NCBI GenBank assembly: GCA_033763905.1
Contig: JANRJP010000001.1
Span: 1 to 47,407, forward strand
Direction: 5' to 3'
DNA: 47,407 nt
Source: Gemmatimonadaceae bacterium
Lineage (GTDB): Bacteria; Gemmatimonadota; Gemmatimonadetes; Gemmatimonadales; Gemmatimonadaceae
The notes below the pieces were generated by a model. That model did no database searches. It was given only the letters and a program-made list of their open reading frames with translations, and was not told where the DNA came from. Numbering within the stretch: position 1 is the first letter of the stretch; every line of letters starts with the position of its first letter. The position numbers and the translations under genes are program-made. Shown here piece after piece: positions 44,615 to 47,407 of this stretch.

Positions 44615-44684
44615 AGGCGTGGGGTCGGAGACGTTGTCAGCGTACGCCGGGGGGCCAGCGGGCGCTAGCCGGGTCCCGCCGCGA

Positions 44685-46007
44685 TTAGCAATACGACAGC
44701 AGCAGCGAAACCGTTGATCGCGCCTCGTTGGTCAGCACGCCTGCCCGCGCGAGGTACTCGAGCTCCCCCACGGTGACCGCGATCTCTTCCGGCCCCACGG
44801 CGAAGTCGGGTCGCGTGGCGAGGGCAATCTCGTGGCGATTGCAGTCGAACAGAAAGCGTCCCCCTTCCTCGGACTGCCGCGTGCTGAGGACCACGGTCGC
44901 ATCGCGATACGCGTCGGCGTCGGGAGCGTCGGGCGATGCGCCGGGACGGCAGACGATCGTGGGCTGCAGCTCCACGCCCGACGCGAGGCCGGGCTCGGCG
45001 GTCGCGCGGAGTACGAATCGTACGTCCCCATTCACGACCAAACCGACCAGCCGGCACAGTCCCTCGCCGTGACTCTGGATCAGCGGCTGGTCCCACGCCT
45101 CGCGCTCGCGGTCGGCAATGCGGACGCGGACGTGTCGCACCGAGAACTCGTGGCCAGCCACCGCCACACCGCTGCGGTCGAGCGCGAACCCGGGAAGGGC
45201 TGTGACGGCGACGCGCTCCGGCGCCTGCGCGGCGTGCGCGCGTCGGCGCTCCGCGAGCCAGACGAGACGCTGCGCGCCCGATTCGTCGGTGTCGGCTGCC
45301 GAACGACGTCCGTACGCGGTCCGGAGAAGCCCGCCGAGCGTTCCGGTCGCGAGCGAGAACGGGGAATCCGTGCACAGCGAGGCCCACGGCGTCGTGACAA
45401 GCACCGATCGCGCGTCCGTGTTGACGACGAAGTCACGTCGCAGCAGCGGCAGGAGCTGCGACAGTGGCACCCACGCGCAGTCGCGGGTCGTGGACGCGGG
45501 CACCCCGGCGTTCTGCCCGAGATCGAGTGTCACGTTGCGATTGCGCTTGCGAAAGAACCGCGAGCCCTGTTCGCTCTGCGTCGTATCGGCGAGCACGGTG
45601 CCGACCTGGCGGGCCGCGTCGGCGAGTTCGAATCCGGTCGGAGCGCTCCCGCCGTGCACTCGGGACAGGTTGCTCGCCGTGGCCTGACACGTTGGCGCGA
45701 CCTGCACACCCTGCACATTTCCGGGCTCCGCCTTGAACTGGACCAGCGCTTCGCGACCAGCGGGGGTCGCGCGGAGCAGGAACGCGAGCGTGCCGACTTC
45801 GGGCTGGTCGATGAACAGCTGTCGCCTACGGTGACCCGCCGCGAGGAAGTCGAGCGCGACGATCGAGAAGAAGCGGTCGCTGCGATGGGCGATCTGATGC
45901 TCGCCATAGCACCACTCATCGGAGGCCGCAGGATGCATCGGCTCCACCGAGATGCGGGCCGCTCGGCGCCGCGTCGCGAGTGCCTCGACGACTGGAGGAT
46001 GGCTCAC
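44685..46007 (-). CDS. NDP-hexose 2,3-dehydratase family protein
   Basis: HRSDRFFSI, IDQPEVG, QFKAEPGN, APTCQATASN, QSEQGSRFFRKRNRN, then second repeat WDQPLI, ELQPT, QSEEGGRF; GTGA overlap with the GT2 stop. Confidence 0.88.
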   Translation of the reverse strand: MSHPPVVEALATRRRAARISVEPMHPAASDEWCYGEHQIAHRSDRFFSIVALDFLAAGHRRRQLFIDQPEVGTLAFLLRATPAGREALVQFKAEPGNVQGVQVAPTCQATASNLSRVHGGSAPTGFELADAARQVGTVLADTTQSEQGSRFFRKRNRNVTLDLGQNAGVPASTTRDCAWVPLSQLLPLLRRDFVVNTDARSVLVTTPWASLCTDSPFSLATGTLGGLLRTAYGRRSAADTDESGAQRLVWLAERRRAHAAQAPERVAVTALPGFALDRSGVAVAGHEFSVRHVRVRIADREREAWDQPLIQSHGEGLCRLVGLVVNGDVRFVLRATAEPGLASGVELQPTIVCRPGASPDAPDADAYRDATVVLSTRQSEEGGRFLFDCNRHEIALATRPDFAVGPEEIAVTVGELEYLARAGVLTNEARSTVSLLLSYC

Positions 46008-47095
46008 GCGTGCGCCGCCAACTGCTGCCGGGCGTCTCGGAGGAGCGCCGCCCGGTCCGCGGGGACGTGCGTGGTCGTGCCTGTCCGACGACGAAGCGCG
46101 GCCGCGCGCCAGAAGCCACGTGGCCGACCGAGGGCGGCGCACCACAGGTCGTACCCGTCGAAGCCGACGCGGCGTCCCAACCACAGCAGCGTGCCGAGCA
46201 GCGGGGCCCCCGATGCACCGAGTGCGCGAAGGCCCGCGTGCCACAGCTGCCGACCCTGACTCCGCCACGGCTGCGCGCGGAAGCGGCGCCATCGATCGCG
46301 GCGCAGTCGCTGTCGCTCGAGCGTGGCGTCCCGTTCCCACGCGTGCCGGACCGCGTCAGGCGTGTCGTGCAGGAGCTGCTCGAGCACGACCGCGTGGGCC
46401 TCGGCCGACGACGCGTACAGCGGCGCGTCGCTGGTTGCCGAGTAGTGCACCTGCATATGCACCACGCTCACGGCGGGACTCTGCACCACACGCGCGCCGG
46501 CGGCACAGGCCCGGAGCAACCAGTCGTTGAATGGCGTGCGGTACAATGACCCGGCGTCTGCCCAGTCGCCGACCCGACGGACGAATGCCGTGGTGAAGAG
46601 CCACGCCGACACGGGCTCGAACGTCGCGGTCTGGCTCGGGACCGCCACGTCGCGGCCCGTGAGCTGCGGCAACGGGGCCGCGAGGCACACCACGCGCGGT
46701 GATGCGCCGGGCTCCTCAATCGTGCGGGCTCGCACGACGGCCGCTACGCACGCGTCGGCGTCCGTCGCCTGCTGCCGCGCGACGGTGCGCGCGAGATGGT
46801 CGGGCAGCAGCAGGTCATCGTGATTGACGAAGGCCAGGAGCGGCGACGCAGCCAGCGCCGCGCCGATGCTGTTGGGCCCTGACTGGTCGCCGCAGCGGCT
46901 CGCCAAATTGACGTAGGTGATACGGGCATCCGCGAGTTCGCCTACCACACGGGCCGTGTCCTCGGCGCAGGCGTCGCCGATGACCAGCGCCGTCCACGCG
47001 GGGTAGGTCTGCGCCCGCAGCGACTGGAGCGTGCATCGCAGCACCTCCGGCCGGTTGTACGTGGCGATGATGACGGTCACGACGGGGTCTGGCAC
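46004..47095 (-). CDS. Family 2 glycosyltransferase (start approximate)
   Basis: VTVIIATYNRP, QTY, VIGDAC.EDT, AFVNHDDLLLPDHL. Confidence 0.88.
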   Translation of the reverse strand: MPDPVVTVIIATYNRPEVLRCTLQSLRAQTYPAWTALVIGDACAEDTARVVGELADARITYVNLASRCGDQSGPNSIGAALAASPLLAFVNHDDLLLPDHLARTVARQQATDADACVAAVVRARTIEEPGASPRVVCLAAPLPQLTGRDVAVPSQTATFEPVSAWLFTTAFVRRVGDWADAGSLYRTPFNDWLLRACAAGARVVQSPAVSVVHMQVHYSATSDAPLYASSAEAHAVVLEQLLHDTPDAVRHAWERDATLERQRLRRDRWRRFRAQPWRSQGRQLWHAGLRALGASGAPLLGTLLWLGRRVGFDGYDLWCAALGRPRGFWRAAALRRRTGTTTHVPADRAALLRDARQQLAAHA

Positions 47096-47266
47096 GGCGG
47101 ATCGAGCAAAGGTGGTGCCGACACACCGCGTCGTGCGGTGTCGTGTGCTGCGACCGCGCCGACGCGCGCCGCTCCCGCGCGGAATCATTTCCCCCCGCGA
47201 CGCGGTCGCACAACCCCCGCACCAGTCGCTAGCGTACGGAGACTCCCACCGCCACGATTCCCGTCC

Positions 47267-47407
47267 ATGCCTCGACTCCTGCGCCTCGCCGCGGCCGCCG
47301 CGTCGACCTTCGGTGCCCCGGCCTTCGCTCAAACTCCCGCCGCGCCGGCCGCGGCATCGCCGGGCGTGGTGTGGACCGCGGACAGCCTCCGTGGACTGCT
47401 CGCGGCC
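47267..47407 (+). CDS. 5' end of an exported protein, truncated by the window edge
   Basis: MPRLLRLAAAAASTFGAPAFA-QTP signal peptide; frame open to the end of the window. Confidence 0.5.
   Translation, partial: MPRLLRLAAAAASTFGAPAFAQTPAAPAAASPGVVWTADSLRGLLAA

Overview
A high-GC bacterial window, probably Gemmatimonadota judging by gene content and order (inference). The left half is mostly housekeeping: YihY, ltaE, a PAS histidine kinase with an output-less sensor partner, SRP RNA (ffs)-dnaX-ybaB-recR-mglBA-pgsA-cinA-grpE-dnaJ, a TetR-controlled TolC/MFP/RND pump, glpF, iscS-mnmA and kynA. An MCP-porin-binding-protein module follows, behind a sigma28-like promoter. The standout is a tightly packed minus-strand locus at about 29.8-42.1 kb. 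It runs: membrane Ser/Thr kinase -> a 124-aa polypeptide of ten RDPLPKP(KAEEE) repeats whose variation is almost all silent -> metacaspase-like C14 protease -> CHAT protease with two TIR-like domains -> nSTAND NTPase-TM-WD40 receptor -> 4-TM protein. The two proteases share a TRE[SP]RRE[SR]D motif, and R-D/R-G sites recur in loops of the other members. This suggests an undescribed Arg-directed proteolytic signalling or defence cascade with a repeat-peptide substrate, decoy or signal. A 13-codon mini-ORF also bridges recR and mglB through two TGATG overlaps. All family calls come from motifs read by eye; no database searches were run.
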